Positions 17,019 to 26,490 of a DNA stretch of 58,592 bases are shown piece by piece. Under the pieces are notes generated by a model. It had not been told where the DNA came from and ran no database searches. It saw only the letters and a list, made by a program, of their open reading frames with translations. Position 1 is the first letter of the stretch. Each line of letters begins with the position of its first letter. The translations under genes were made by a program, and so were the position numbers. This stretch comes from Candidatus Enterousia sp. Lineage in GTDB: Bacteria; Pseudomonadota; Alphaproteobacteria; Rs-D84. The DNA lies in assembly GCA_045530935.1 (NCBI GenBank), contig JAZSDC010000022.1, positions 1-58,592 of the forward strand, given 5' to 3'.

Positions 17019-17482
17019 ATGAGTAAAAGTTATGCATTGCCACCACAGAATATGAAAGAAGCATTTATATCTGCAATTCCAAATTGTACCACAATGTTGT
17101 TGGGAATGATGACATTAAATTTGTGGATTTATGGTCATTTAACTTGGGAAAATTTTTGTAATGCTTTTTTTTCCCGATGTGTTTAACAGCGTTTTGTTTG
17201 GATTTTTTTCTTGTTGGACCATTAGTTATGCGAATCGTTAAACGATTTCAAATTATGAAATTTATGCCGTTGATACGTGTTGGCATGATGGCAACAATTT
17301 TGACTTGTTTGGCACCGGTAATAGAGACGGGGTATTTGCCCGGTGCACAGCAGTATTTGATGGCATTGCCACGCAATTATATTGTGGCTTTGTTATTACA
17401 GGTGTTTGTTGCATACAGATTTGGGGCGTTTGTGTTGGCTAAATACAGACAGTCAAAGGCAAAGGTAAATATTGCAGAATAA
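17019..17482 (+). pseudogene. DUF2798-like membrane protein interrupted by a frameshift at a T8 tract
   Basis: ATG 17019 (SD aggag) reads MSKSYALPPQNMKEAF...WENFCNAFFSRCV* and stops at 17184. The rest continues in the +1 frame as ORF 17177..17482. Adding one T to T8 (17165..17172) gives a continuous ~154-aa protein. Confidence 0.6.
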
Positions 17483-17487
17483 AATAG

Positions 17488-17513
17488 AACCCCACGATTG
17501 TGGGGATTTTTTT
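17488..17513. terminator. bidirectional hairpin terminator
   Basis: ccccac / gatt / gtgggg followed by a T-run. Lies between convergent genes. Confidence 0.6.
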
Positions 17514-17868
17514 ATGTTAATTTTGCAATGGCAAGTTTGTTTAGAAAACCTTCTTCTATTCCGCTTAGTAATGAATTTAAACCTTGGTTTGTATTTGGGC
17601 TGTTTTGTAATTCTTCTAAGAAGGAAATTATTTTTTCACATTTATTTGTTAAGTTTGTCTCAACTAGTTTTGGGTTTAAAATGTCAGATTTAAATATATT
17701 TTTTTTGTTCTCTGCCATAAAATAATTTTCTGCAATCGCATCAACCCATGTGTCTATGTCTGCGGCAAGTCTGTCGAACATTAAATGTTTTGAATAGTTG
17801 TCTGTTGACCAATGATTTATTTTACATGAATATTTAAACGCGATTAGTTGTTGTATTAATTCGTACAT
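17512..17868 (-). CDS. short ferritin/Dps-like four-helix protein (hypothetical)
   Basis: Start chosen at MYELIQQ (17868). LIAFKYSCKINHWSTDNYSKHLMFDRL...WVDAIAENY resembles the Dps HW..G..F..LH...D.IAER pattern. Confidence 0.4.
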   Translation of the reverse strand: MYELIQQLIAFKYSCKINHWSTDNYSKHLMFDRLAADIDTWVDAIAENYFMAENKKNIFKSDILNPKLVETNLTNKCEKIISFLEELQNSPNTNQGLNSLLSGIEEGFLNKLAIAKLT

Positions 17869-18052
17869 ATTATTGTCCTTTGTTTTTGTTGCCTGAATTA
17901 AGCATATCATTTTACCAGGCATGTGTGTTATAGGATTGATGTCAAAAAACGTGCTATACGCATGAAATTCAGTGTTTTTGGGAATTCAAACCTGGGGTAA
18001 TTTGTGTGCTTTTGTTGTAATATATGTATATGTAACCATAAAGGAGAAAAAT

Positions 18053-18610
18053 ATGAAAAATGTAAGTAAAAAAATGTTAACAGTTGCATCCTTAATGGGG
18101 GTTGCAGCTTTGTTGTCGGGATGTGTTATGGAATGCCCCACGAAAAAAACGCATCGTAAGAAAATGATGTACGATACCCCACAGGCCGTTGAAGTAATCG
18201 AATCGGATACTATTGTTGTGTATCAGACACATGAAAATGCAGATGTAAATCATGTGTATGCAAAAATGTATACTCACAGCAGTCGTGGTGGGGAATCAAA
18301 AATGGGCCATATAAAGTTCAAAGAAACGGATAATGGATTGAAAATGACTGTCGATTTAAAAGATTTGCGTCCAGGTGTCCAATATAATATAAAGATGTAT
18401 CAATGCGATTCGTGCTATAATGATGCAAAATGTTGCAATAATTCTAAAATGTTAAATGTTAAGCTGCCAATGTTGCAAACGGGAATTAGTGGGCGATTGA
18501 ATCAGACCTATATCATTCGTGGTTTAAATGCTGCACAGTTAGAAGGGGCAAATATCTATCTGGAACGTGATGGTGGATATAAAGCCGGTTGGGGAAAATT
18601 GGAAAAATAG
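18053..18610 (+). CDS. lipoprotein with Cu/Zn-SOD-like strand signature but no visible His ligands
   Basis: SD aaaggag then ATG 18053. Lipobox ALLSGC. GHIKFKETDNGLKMTVDLKDLRPGVQYNIKMYQCDSC parallels SodC G.v.F....G.kv...l.GL.PG.HGFHIHE.G.C. Confidence 0.4.
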   Translation: MKNVSKKMLTVASLMGVAALLSGCVMECPTKKTHRKKMMYDTPQAVEVIESDTIVVYQTHENADVNHVYAKMYTHSSRGGESKMGHIKFKETDNGLKMTVDLKDLRPGVQYNIKMYQCDSCYNDAKCCNNSKMLNVKLPMLQTGISGRLNQTYIIRGLNAAQLEGANIYLERDGGYKAGWGKLEK

Positions 18611-18634
18611 TTGCCCGTTGTTACAAGTATACAG

Positions 18635-18664
18635 TCACCCATGAAAAGATGGGTGATTTTTTTG
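18635..18664 (+). terminator. rho-independent terminator
   Basis: tcacccat / gaaaag / atgggtga plus T7. Confidence 0.7.
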
Positions 18665-18709
18665 TTTTTTATTGTGAATATCTTCCCAGGTGTTATTATT
18701 GTTGAATCT

Positions 18710-20254
18710 ATGAAAAAATTATTGGTGTTTTCTTTTGTTATGTTATTCCAATTTCAGCTGTTTTGTATGGAATTGGTTACGGGTGATGTTTGGGGTGGAA
18801 ATAAATATAAAGATGACAGTTTTTATATTAATGATGGGGTTAATTATTCCCCAGAAACAATATATTTGCGTAAAACAATACAAATAGAAAACGAGGGTTT
18901 ATTAAAAACTGATATTTATTTGTGTGAACGCTGCGATTTGTTTCTTAGAAATCGTGGAGTGGTAGATTCTGCATTTAATTTGTCTGATACGTCACGTTTG
19001 TATCAAGTTGTATCTGAAGCAGCTGATATGACAAGTGTGGATTTTGGTGTGGAATATTCTGTCTTGGTGGATGCAACGGATGAATTAAGCATGCTGGATG
19101 TGCTGAAATTTGCGGATGATGCGAAAAGCGTTGTGTTGCAAAATTCTGTATTGGATATAAATGGTGTGGCGCCAGGGATAGATAAAGAAATTGAGATAAA
19201 AGGAAATGTAGTTTTATTAATAGATGATTTATCTGGATTATATGATATTGCATTTCTAAAAAATGTTTCTGGGGCTGGTGCTGTTCGTGTTGTGACAGAT
19301 AGCCCCGATTTGTTGTATGTAGATATGTCGTATGTTCAAAATAATACTTTATTCTTTACGCGTATGCGTGAAACAGATTATTCAAAAATTTTTAAAGATA
19401 ATTTAGGAAATTTTTTGAATCAATTACGTGCTGAAAATCCGAATGATGGGCTGTTAAATTTAATGGATAATGCCCATAATATGACAGAGTTGCACAATAT
19501 AATGGGGCGCAGTGCGCGATTGAATCCGGATGTATTATTACGTTTGATGTATGCTGTTGATGTCGTAAACCAATTTGATTTAATAGATGCGTTCGCAGGT
19601 GTTAATACCAATGCAATGTTTGTTTTGTCTGATGATTTTTATGTGCGTGGATTAACGTTGGGGTGCTTGGATAACGTGTTTGAAAAATTAAAATTTTCAA
19701 TATCTATTAAATTTGGTGATGTGCGGTATGAGGCGGATGCGAATGATTTTGTGGGGCTTTTTTATGGTGTACATGCAGATTTAGATTATTTGTTGGATTC
19801 AGATGTGTTTATTAATTCGGATATTAGTTTTATGCGCTATGTATTTGACATAGATAAAGTGTTTTATAATGGCAAGAAAATAACGTATCCATCTGGGATT
19901 GGTGTGCGCGCCAGTTCTGATGTTGGATATAAATATAATTTTAACGATTCGTTTTATCTGAAAACATTTGTTGGGGCAGGCGGATTTTACGACGATGTAG
20001 AAACAAAATATAGCTTGGGTAATATGTTTATGCAAGCAGGTGTGGTTTCTGGGGTTGTTTATGAAATGCTGGGGGTTAAGTATAATTATGATTTGCAGGC
20101 AAAAATTAACTCTGAATCAGATGTTGAGTTTTTAATGCGGGCTGCATTTTGGTCCGAGATGGATATGTTAGGTGGTAATGTTTCTGTTGGAATTACAGAT
20201 GCTTTGGATGCAACAATGTACACGTTGGCAATTGGTGTTCAGTTGCAATTCTAA
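18710..20254 (+). CDS. outer-membrane protein with autotransporter-like C-terminal beta domain
   Basis: Start at MKKLLVFSFVMLF (signal-like). C-terminal third has alternating aromatic/Gly strands and ends ..AIGVQLQF. Confidence 0.45.
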   Translation: MKKLLVFSFVMLFQFQLFCMELVTGDVWGGNKYKDDSFYINDGVNYSPETIYLRKTIQIENEGLLKTDIYLCERCDLFLRNRGVVDSAFNLSDTSRLYQVVSEAADMTSVDFGVEYSVLVDATDELSMLDVLKFADDAKSVVLQNSVLDINGVAPGIDKEIEIKGNVVLLIDDLSGLYDIAFLKNVSGAGAVRVVTDSPDLLYVDMSYVQNNTLFFTRMRETDYSKIFKDNLGNFLNQLRAENPNDGLLNLMDNAHNMTELHNIMGRSARLNPDVLLRLMYAVDVVNQFDLIDAFAGVNTNAMFVLSDDFYVRGLTLGCLDNVFEKLKFSISIKFGDVRYEADANDFVGLFYGVHADLDYLLDSDVFINSDISFMRYVFDIDKVFYNGKKITYPSGIGVRASSDVGYKYNFNDSFYLKTFVGAGGFYDDVETKYSLGNMFMQAGVVSGVVYEMLGVKYNYDLQAKINSESDVEFLMRAAFWSEMDMLGGNVSVGITDALDATMYTLAIGVQLQF

Positions 20255-21549
20255 TCTGTGAATTTTCCACGCAGACATGCCTTGTTCGCGGCGGTGATAA
20301 CAATATTTGCCATTTCGGGCGCATTATCACGGTGGGCGACGATGCACGGCTGCATATATTGTGTGCGATATATCAGGTGCTTGCCGGTCTTGTCTGGCCC
20401 TTCTAGCAGGCAAGATAATGTCTTATCAATACAAGAAAGATTAAATTCGCGTTGGACCTCGTTTAAATATGTGTCCAGTTTTGCCAGACGTGCTGATTTT
20501 ATATTTTCAGGGATTTGATCTGGCATTAATGCGGCGCCTGTGTGTGGCCGTGGTGAATACTTAAATGAATATGAATTTATGTATTTTATTTGCTGGGCAA
20601 TTTGCATTGTTTGTTCAAAATCCGAATCGGTTTCGCCAGGGAATCCAACAATAAAATCTGATGATATTTGAATGTCGGGGCGCGCAGTTTTTAATTTGTT
20701 TACTATGTCGCAATATAGTTCCAGACTGTATGGTCTGTTCATGCGTTTTAGGACGTTTGGTGCGCCACTTTGAATTGGCATGTTTAAAAACGGCAGTAAT
20801 TTTGGTTCGGTTGCAAACATGTCAATCAAATCGTCTGTCATTTCTGTTGGATAACTGGATGTAAAGCGTATACGCATGATTTCTGGGATTTTTGCGGTTT
20901 CGCGTATTAAGTCGGACAGGCGATATAATTTGCCGTTTTCATCGGTGTATTTATATCCGTTTACATTTTGCCCTAAGAAACAAATTTCAATCGCACCAGT
21001 TTTTGCAGCGTGAATTGTGTCGCGCATAACCGAATCGAATGCGCGTGATAATTCGCGGCCACGAGTGTAGGGAACAATGCAATATGTGCAACAATGGTTG
21101 CAGCCTTCTTGGATTGGGATGTATGCAACGCGTGGGGAGGTTTTCATCTGGGGCAGGGAATCAAATTTTTCCAGCCCGCCTAGGTCTATATTAAATAACC
21201 GCGTGTCGGGATTATTTAATATCTCTGGTAATTTGTGATAACTTTGTGGACCCAGAACAAAATTTAATTCTGATATTCTTCGGAATGCGTCCGTGCCCGA
21301 TTCGCGCGCAACGCAACCAACGATTCCAAACAGGGCAGATGGTTTTTTTGCGCGTCTGATGCGTCCCAGTGCAGAATAAACTTTATCCGTTGCCTTGGCA
21401 CGAACCGCGCATGTGTTCAGTATTATGATATCTGCATCTGAAATCTGTTCTGTACGCACGAATCCGTGGTGTTCCAGCATGCTGGCAATGCGCCAACCAT
21501 CATACACATTCATTTGACAGCCAAAGGTTTGGATAAAGAATTTTTTCAT
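20251..21549 (-). CDS. miaB: radical-SAM methylthiotransferase (MiaB family)
   Basis: N-terminal FIQTFGCQMNVYD, CNHCCTYCIVP radical-SAM cluster, C-terminal TRAM-like region. Confidence 0.85.
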   Translation of the reverse strand: MKKFFIQTFGCQMNVYDGWRIASMLEHHGFVRTEQISDADIIILNTCAVRAKATDKVYSALGRIRRAKKPSALFGIVGCVARESGTDAFRRISELNFVLGPQSYHKLPEILNNPDTRLFNIDLGGLEKFDSLPQMKTSPRVAYIPIQEGCNHCCTYCIVPYTRGRELSRAFDSVMRDTIHAAKTGAIEICFLGQNVNGYKYTDENGKLYRLSDLIRETAKIPEIMRIRFTSSYPTEMTDDLIDMFATEPKLLPFLNMPIQSGAPNVLKRMNRPYSLELYCDIVNKLKTARPDIQISSDFIVGFPGETDSDFEQTMQIAQQIKYINSYSFKYSPRPHTGAALMPDQIPENIKSARLAKLDTYLNEVQREFNLSCIDKTLSCLLEGPDKTGKHLIYRTQYMQPCIVAHRDNAPEMANIVITAANKACLRGKFTD

Positions 21550-21554
21550 GTTTT

Positions 21555-21731
21555 TTACTTATGTCTTGTTCGTTGAATTTGAACTTTTTTGTTGTTTATT
21601 TGTTTCTGTTTCGCGTTAAAAGCGCGCATGGCATTTGCGCGTTGATAACGTTCACTTTTATTTAATATTTTTGATTGTGCTTCGTGTTTTTTCATTTCGC
21701 GCAATATAATGGCAATTGATTCTGAAAACAT
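21555..21731 (-). CDS. small basic hypothetical protein (58 aa)
   Basis: MFSESIAIILREMKKHEAQSKILNKSERYQRANAMRAFNAKQKQINNKKVQIQRTRHK*. Same strand as gatB and miaB. Below the ORF-track cutoff. Confidence 0.3.
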   Translation of the reverse strand: MFSESIAIILREMKKHEAQSKILNKSERYQRANAMRAFNAKQKQINNKKVQIQRTRHK

Positions 21732-21764
21732 TTATAAGCCTTTTGTTGTGGAATGTATTGGTCT

Positions 21765-22013
21765 TTATTTCTCCTTTGTTCTGGCTGCGTCTATTATACG
21801 TTTTTTTGCGCCCGTCATTTTTTGTTCCCATCTGTGTCCAGGCTGTTTGATTTGTTTTGCAGTGCGTGTCGTAGGGCGTGATTTGTCGCGAATGATGGTG
21901 TTGCCTGCAGGTGCCAGGGGTGCTGAGGGTAGTGGTTTATCGTCAATTTCAACCAGTCCGTATTGAACGCCAGTGATTAAATCATTTGAAACTATTTTGA
22001 TAACCTTTGTCAT
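21765..22013 (-). CDS. small hypothetical protein (82 aa)
   Basis: Starts 16 nt after the gatB stop on the same strand. Basic C-terminus. No family recognised. Confidence 0.35.
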   Translation of the reverse strand: MTKVIKIVSNDLITGVQYGLVEIDDKPLPSAPLAPAGNTIIRDKSRPTTRTAKQIKQPGHRWEQKMTGAKKRIIDAARTKEK

Positions 22014-22028
22014 TTTTTTCCTTTTTTA

Positions 22029-23549
22029 TTAAGCCAATTTATTGCGTAAGATTTCGTTTACAACGGCAGGGTTTGCAGTGCCACCAGTTTTCTTCATAAC
22101 ATTGCCAACAAAGAAGCCCAGTAATCCAACCTTGCCAGATTTGTATTGTTCAACCTGGGCTGGGTTTGCAGCGATAACTTCGTCAACAATTGCTTCAATT
22201 GCGCCGGTGTCTGTCATTTGTTTCATGCCAAATTTGTCGGCGATGTCACGTGGACTGCCCGATTCGCCGTCCAACATTTTTATAAAGATTTCTTTGGCCT
22301 GTTTGCCGTTAATTGTGTTTTGGGCAACCATGTCAACCAGTTCTGCCAAATCAGATGGTGTGATAATACGCATATCGTCCACAATGCCTGATTTTTCGTT
22401 TTTGACATCCCAATTTTCTGGGTGCGCGAACAATTCAGAAATCATCCAGTTTGCAACACCTTTGGCGCGTTTTTTGTCGCCGTTTACAGATGCATCATAC
22501 CAATGTGATATATCAGTGCTTTCGGTCAGGCGTGCGGCATCATATTCAGACAGCCCGAATTCATGCGTATAGCGCGCGCGTGTCGCAGATGGTAATTCCG
22601 GCATTGTCGCACGTATGCGCTCAATTTGTTCGTCAGATATTTCCAGTGGCAACAGGTCCGGGTCTGGGAAATAACGATAATCCAGTGCGTCTTCTTTGCT
22701 GCGCATGACGGATGTTGTAGCGTCGCCCTGGTGATAGCGCATTGTGTCCTGAGATACCGTTCCACCGTTTTCATAGATTTCAATTTGACGGCGGGCTTCG
22801 TATTCAATGGCGGATTTGATGAATTTAAATGACACCATGTTTTTTGTTTCGGTGCGTGTGCGAAATTCGGTTGAACCCACTGGTCGGACAGAAACATTTA
22901 CATCGGCGCGCATGGAACCTTCTTCCATGTTGGCACGTGATACGCCCAGTGCGCGTGCGATTTCGCGAATTTCACGCAGATAGCGTTCAGCTTCATCGGG
23001 GGATGTGATATAGGAATTGTTTTCAGGATTTTTTGTGTCCAAAAAAGTCACGATTTCCAACAATGCGACCCCGGTACGGTTATAGTCTGCAAATGATTTT
23101 GTTGGGTGAACGTCGTGCTTTAATTTACCGGCATCTTGTTCCAAGTGTGCGCGTTCAATTAAAATTTTCTTTGGATTGCCGTCGTCGCCCATAATTTCAA
23201 CCCATCCGCGTCCAACAACCGGTGGTTCGTCCGCAGGCTGTGAAATTTGGTATCCCTGGGGCAGGTCAGGGTAGAAATATTGTTTGCGGGCAAAACGACT
23301 GGTGCGGGATATTTCAGCGTTGATGCCCAGACCAAATTTAATCGCCTGTTCAACGCAGTGTTTATTCAGTACCGGTAACATTCCAGGCATGGCAACATCA
23401 ATCATTGACGCCTGGGTGTTGGGTGATATGGTTGGGTTATAGTCGGCAGATGCGCCGCTGAATAATTTTGAATTAGAAAGGACTTCGATATGTGTTTCCA
23501 GTCCGATTACCAATTCCCAATCACATGTTTTGCCTTTTATCGTAAACAT
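22029..23549 (-). CDS. gatB: Asp/Glu-tRNA amidotransferase subunit B
   Basis: WELVIGLETHIEL-type start, FARKQYFYPDLPQGYQISQ, C-terminal YqeY-like GatB tail. Confidence 0.95.
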   Translation of the reverse strand: MFTIKGKTCDWELVIGLETHIEVLSNSKLFSGASADYNPTISPNTQASMIDVAMPGMLPVLNKHCVEQAIKFGLGINAEISRTSRFARKQYFYPDLPQGYQISQPADEPPVVGRGWVEIMGDDGNPKKILIERAHLEQDAGKLKHDVHPTKSFADYNRTGVALLEIVTFLDTKNPENNSYITSPDEAERYLREIREIARALGVSRANMEEGSMRADVNVSVRPVGSTEFRTRTETKNMVSFKFIKSAIEYEARRQIEIYENGGTVSQDTMRYHQGDATTSVMRSKEDALDYRYFPDPDLLPLEISDEQIERIRATMPELPSATRARYTHEFGLSEYDAARLTESTDISHWYDASVNGDKKRAKGVANWMISELFAHPENWDVKNEKSGIVDDMRIITPSDLAELVDMVAQNTINGKQAKEIFIKMLDGESGSPRDIADKFGMKQMTDTGAIEAIVDEVIAANPAQVEQYKSGKVGLLGFFVGNVMKKTGGTANPAVVNEILRNKLA

Positions 23550-23604
23550 TTTGTCTTTTTCCCTTGCTTTTTTATTTTTTGTATCTTATTATTGTCGTCG
23601 CGTT

Positions 23605-23680
23605 GGCTAGGTAGCTCAGTTGGTAGAGCAAGGGACTGAAAATCCCTGTGTCGGCGGTTCGATTCCGTCCCTAGCCACCA
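23605..23680 (+). tRNA. tRNA-Phe (anticodon GAA)
   Basis: Acceptor GGCTAGG/CCTAGCC, anticodon loop CTGAAAA, T-arm GGTTCGATTCC, encoded CCA. Confidence 0.9.
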
Positions 23681-23695
23681 TCTCCTTTCTAAATG

Positions 23696-23720
23696 AGGCC
23701 GTTTTTACGGTCGTTTTTTT
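23696..23720 (+). terminator. rho-independent terminator after tRNA-Phe
   Basis: ggccgt / tttt / acggtc (one G-U pair) followed by a T-run. Confidence 0.5.
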
Positions 23721-23751
23721 ATTTGTGAAAGGAGTGGACTTTGTTTCCATT

Positions 23752-25218
23752 TTATTTCCCCATAATTATTGTTGGGCGGTTGTCAATGGCGGCCGCGGTT
23801 TCAATATGTTTTGCCAATTGCAGAACGCGCATGTCGTCAAAGCGTTTTCCTACAACCTGAATCCCCAGGGGCAGACCGTTGCCTGCCAGGCCGGCCGGGA
23901 CACTGCATGCAGGGACGCCCGCCAGGTTCATTGCAACCGTGAATAAATCCAGTGCGTAGTATTCCAATGGGGTCAGGTCTGAATCCAGTGGCATTGCGGT
24001 GCCGGCAGATGACGGACAGACGATTAAGTCGCACTTATCAAAGGCGGCGTTAAAACTGTCAGATATCATGCGGCGTACGCGTGCAGCCTGCATAAAGTAT
24101 ACATCGTATGATTCACTGGACAGTACTGCGGTGCCGATTACCATACGGCGTTGTACTTCGTCGCCAAAGCCAGCGGCGCGTGACTTTTTAAATGTGTCAT
24201 AGATATCACGACCTTCGACACGGATGCCATAGCGCATGCCGTCATAACGGGCGAGATTCGATGAGGCCTCGGCTGGGGCAATGATATAGTATGCCGCCAA
24301 TGCGTCCAGAATGTTTGGAATGGATACTTCGACGATTTCTGCGCCCATGGATTTTAAATCGGCAATGCGTTTTTCAAATAATGTTTTCATGTCGTCTGAA
24401 ATCTTAACATCGCCAAATTCGCGAATTATGCCAACGCGTAATTTTTTGCCGTTGCCCAGGATAGGCTGAATTTCAGATGTACAGGCAAAATTGTTTTCGC
24501 AACTGGTGGATTCGCGTTTGTCGTGTCCCGCCATAATATTTAATAATAATCCTGCATCGTTAACGGTGCGTGCGATTGGGCCCGGGGTGTCCAGGGAAGA
24601 TGCAAATGCAATACAACCAAAGCGTGAACACAGACCATAAGTTGGCTTCATCCCGACCAGACCGGTTATTGCTGCCGGAAAGCGAATTGAACCACCGGTA
24701 TCGGTGCCGGTCGCCGCAATGGCCAGTCCCCCCGCCACAGCAGATGTTGAACCACCCGAAGAACCACCCGCGGTCAGACGTTTTTCAATTTGCCATGGGT
24801 TGACAGGCGCGCCAAAGTATGAAGTCTTGCTGAAAGTGCCCATTGCGAATTCGTCCAGGTTTGCCTTGCCCAATAATACGGTGCCGGCATCAATGAATTT
24901 TTGTGATATGGTTGATTCGTATTCTGGGACAAAATTTTCCAGCATGTGTGATGCCGCGGTTGTGCGAATGCCGCGCGTGGCAAATAAATCTTTCATTGCG
25001 ATTGGTGCGCCGTCCAAGAATTTTGCATCGCCCGCAGCACGACGCGCATCAGATGCAGCCGCGTCAGCCATTGCGCGTTCGGGTGTGGTTGTGATATAGC
25101 AATTTAAATCCGTGCCATATTTTTCAATGCGGTCCAGATACGCGCGTGTTAATTCCACCGCAGAGATTTCGCGGACGTTCAGTTTTTTAAGTGCTTCGGT
25201 CAATGTTAGATTTATCAT
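23752..25218 (-). CDS. gatA: Glu-tRNA(Gln) amidotransferase subunit A
   Basis: Amidase signature GGSSGGSTSAVA...GTDTGGSIRFPA. Confidence 0.95.
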   Translation of the reverse strand: MINLTLTEALKKLNVREISAVELTRAYLDRIEKYGTDLNCYITTTPERAMADAAASDARRAAGDAKFLDGAPIAMKDLFATRGIRTTAASHMLENFVPEYESTISQKFIDAGTVLLGKANLDEFAMGTFSKTSYFGAPVNPWQIEKRLTAGGSSGGSTSAVAGGLAIAATGTDTGGSIRFPAAITGLVGMKPTYGLCSRFGCIAFASSLDTPGPIARTVNDAGLLLNIMAGHDKRESTSCENNFACTSEIQPILGNGKKLRVGIIREFGDVKISDDMKTLFEKRIADLKSMGAEIVEVSIPNILDALAAYYIIAPAEASSNLARYDGMRYGIRVEGRDIYDTFKKSRAAGFGDEVQRRMVIGTAVLSSESYDVYFMQAARVRRMISDSFNAAFDKCDLIVCPSSAGTAMPLDSDLTPLEYYALDLFTVAMNLAGVPACSVPAGLAGNGLPLGIQVVGKRFDDMRVLQLAKHIETAAAIDNRPTIIMGK

Positions 25219-25230
25219 TTTTGTTTGCTC

Positions 25231-25674
25231 TTACTTTTGTTTATCTTTTGCGTAATGTTGTGGGTATAAGACAGCACCCAGTGTGTTGCGCATAAATTCA
25301 TCCTGGCATTTGCCGTCTGCCAAATTTTTGCAACATATACCCATTTTCATGTCTTCGTCTGCCCCGTGTGGTACACTTGTGCATTTTGGTTTTGCGTCCG
25401 AGAAATAGAAGATGTTAGATATTTCAACTGACTGATTACGTTTGTTATGAAATGGGTTTCTGCCAAAATTGACAGTGTCCATAAGTTGAATAGACATAGT
25501 GCGTACACATGAGCCTGGTCTTACAGTGTTCTTTTCGTCAGAAAATTCGGACATTATCCATTCCAAGTTATTGCGATCAATTTTTCCTATTTCTTGTTCA
25601 AATGAGGAAAATTCTGGGTCGTATACATCCGTGACAATAAATTTTACAGGAATATTTTTTTTTGTGTCTGGCAT
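25231..25674 (-). CDS. hypothetical protein inserted between gatC and gatA
   Basis: ATG 25674 lies 1 nt after the gatC TAA. Ends 12 nt before the gatA ATG. 147 aa, Cys-containing (GICCKNLADGKC). No family recognised. Confidence 0.55.
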   Translation of the reverse strand: MPDTKKNIPVKFIVTDVYDPEFSSFEQEIGKIDRNNLEWIMSEFSDEKNTVRPGSCVRTMSIQLMDTVNFGRNPFHNKRNQSVEISNIFYFSDAKPKCTSVPHGADEDMKMGICCKNLADGKCQDEFMRNTLGAVLYPQHYAKDKQK

Positions 25675-25675
25675 T

Positions 25676-25972
25676 TTATTCACCGTCCATAACCTTGGGT
25701 ACTGCAAAATAGCCGCGTGATGTGCCGGCGTTGTCGGGCGTGTTTGCTAAAACCAAATCACGAATGTTGCCGTCGGTGACGATGTCTTCGCGTTGTGGTA
25801 ATTTGTGTTCTGATGGATTTAACATTGGGGTCACGCCCGTTGTGTCTATTTGTTGTAATTTATCCAGCCATTCAACCACAGAATCAATGTTCATGGATTC
25901 CAGTTTTTCTGGGCTGATTTCAATTTTGATTAAATCTGCGAATTTTTGTAATTGTTGCTTGCTAAATGCCAT
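25676..25972 (-). CDS. gatC: Asp/Glu-tRNA amidotransferase subunit C
   Basis: Start at MAFSKQQLQKFADLIKIEI. VVEWLDKLQQIDT..V.PM and a REDIV motif. Confidence 0.85.
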   Translation of the reverse strand: MAFSKQQLQKFADLIKIEISPEKLESMNIDSVVEWLDKLQQIDTTGVTPMLNPSEHKLPQREDIVTDGNIRDLVLANTPDNAGTSRGYFAVPKVMDGE

Positions 25973-26010
25973 TTTCAATCCTATTATTTCAAAGTAAAAG
26001 GAATTATACA

Positions 26011-26460
26011 ATGATTTTGCCAGATTTCAAGGCTTTTCCACGCGACGGGCGTGTTTTAGGAATTGATTGGGGATTGCGACGGATTGGGGTTGCGGTATCT
26101 GATCCAATGCGCAATTTTGTCTTTGCACGTGATGCGATTGTTTTACAACGCGGTGCAGATAATCATTCCGATTTGGTTGCGGAAACGGCAATGCGTGAAA
26201 ACGTTGTTGGTATTATTGTCGGGTTGCCGTTATATCCAGATGGTATGGAATCTGATACAACCAAGATGGTGCGTGATTTTATTGATAAATTGGCGGGAAA
26301 AACAGATTTACCAATTTGTACAATAGAAGAAAACCTGACGTCTGTTTCGGCCCAAGAAGATATGGGGCGTGTTCGTGTGCGTGATTTAAAGACGCGCCTG
26401 GATTCGGAATCTGCGCGTGTGATTTTGGAAAATGCAATCGCAATGATTAACCGGGCGTAA
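26011..26460 (+). CDS. ruvX: Holliday junction resolvase-like RuvX (YqgF)
   Basis: VLGIDWGLRRIGVAVSD start motif, IIVGLPL, and SA..IL tail. Confidence 0.85.
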   Translation: MILPDFKAFPRDGRVLGIDWGLRRIGVAVSDPMRNFVFARDAIVLQRGADNHSDLVAETAMRENVVGIIVGLPLYPDGMESDTTKMVRDFIDKLAGKTDLPICTIEENLTSVSAQEDMGRVRVRDLKTRLDSESARVILENAIAMINRA

Positions 26461-26472
26461 AGCCCGGTTTTT
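26449..26472. terminator. hairpin terminator overlapping the ruvX stop
   Basis: aaccgggc / gtaaa / gcccggtt followed by ttt. Confidence 0.55.
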
Positions 26473-26490
26473 ATGTGTATATAGCGTTTT

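Noticed and set aside
21709-21966. Plus-strand ORF 21709..21966 between miaB and gatB.
   Set aside because: It is on the opposite strand to the flanking operon, is hydrophobic and Cys-rich, and has no SD. The minus-strand small ORFs fit the operon direction better, although they are themselves low confidence.
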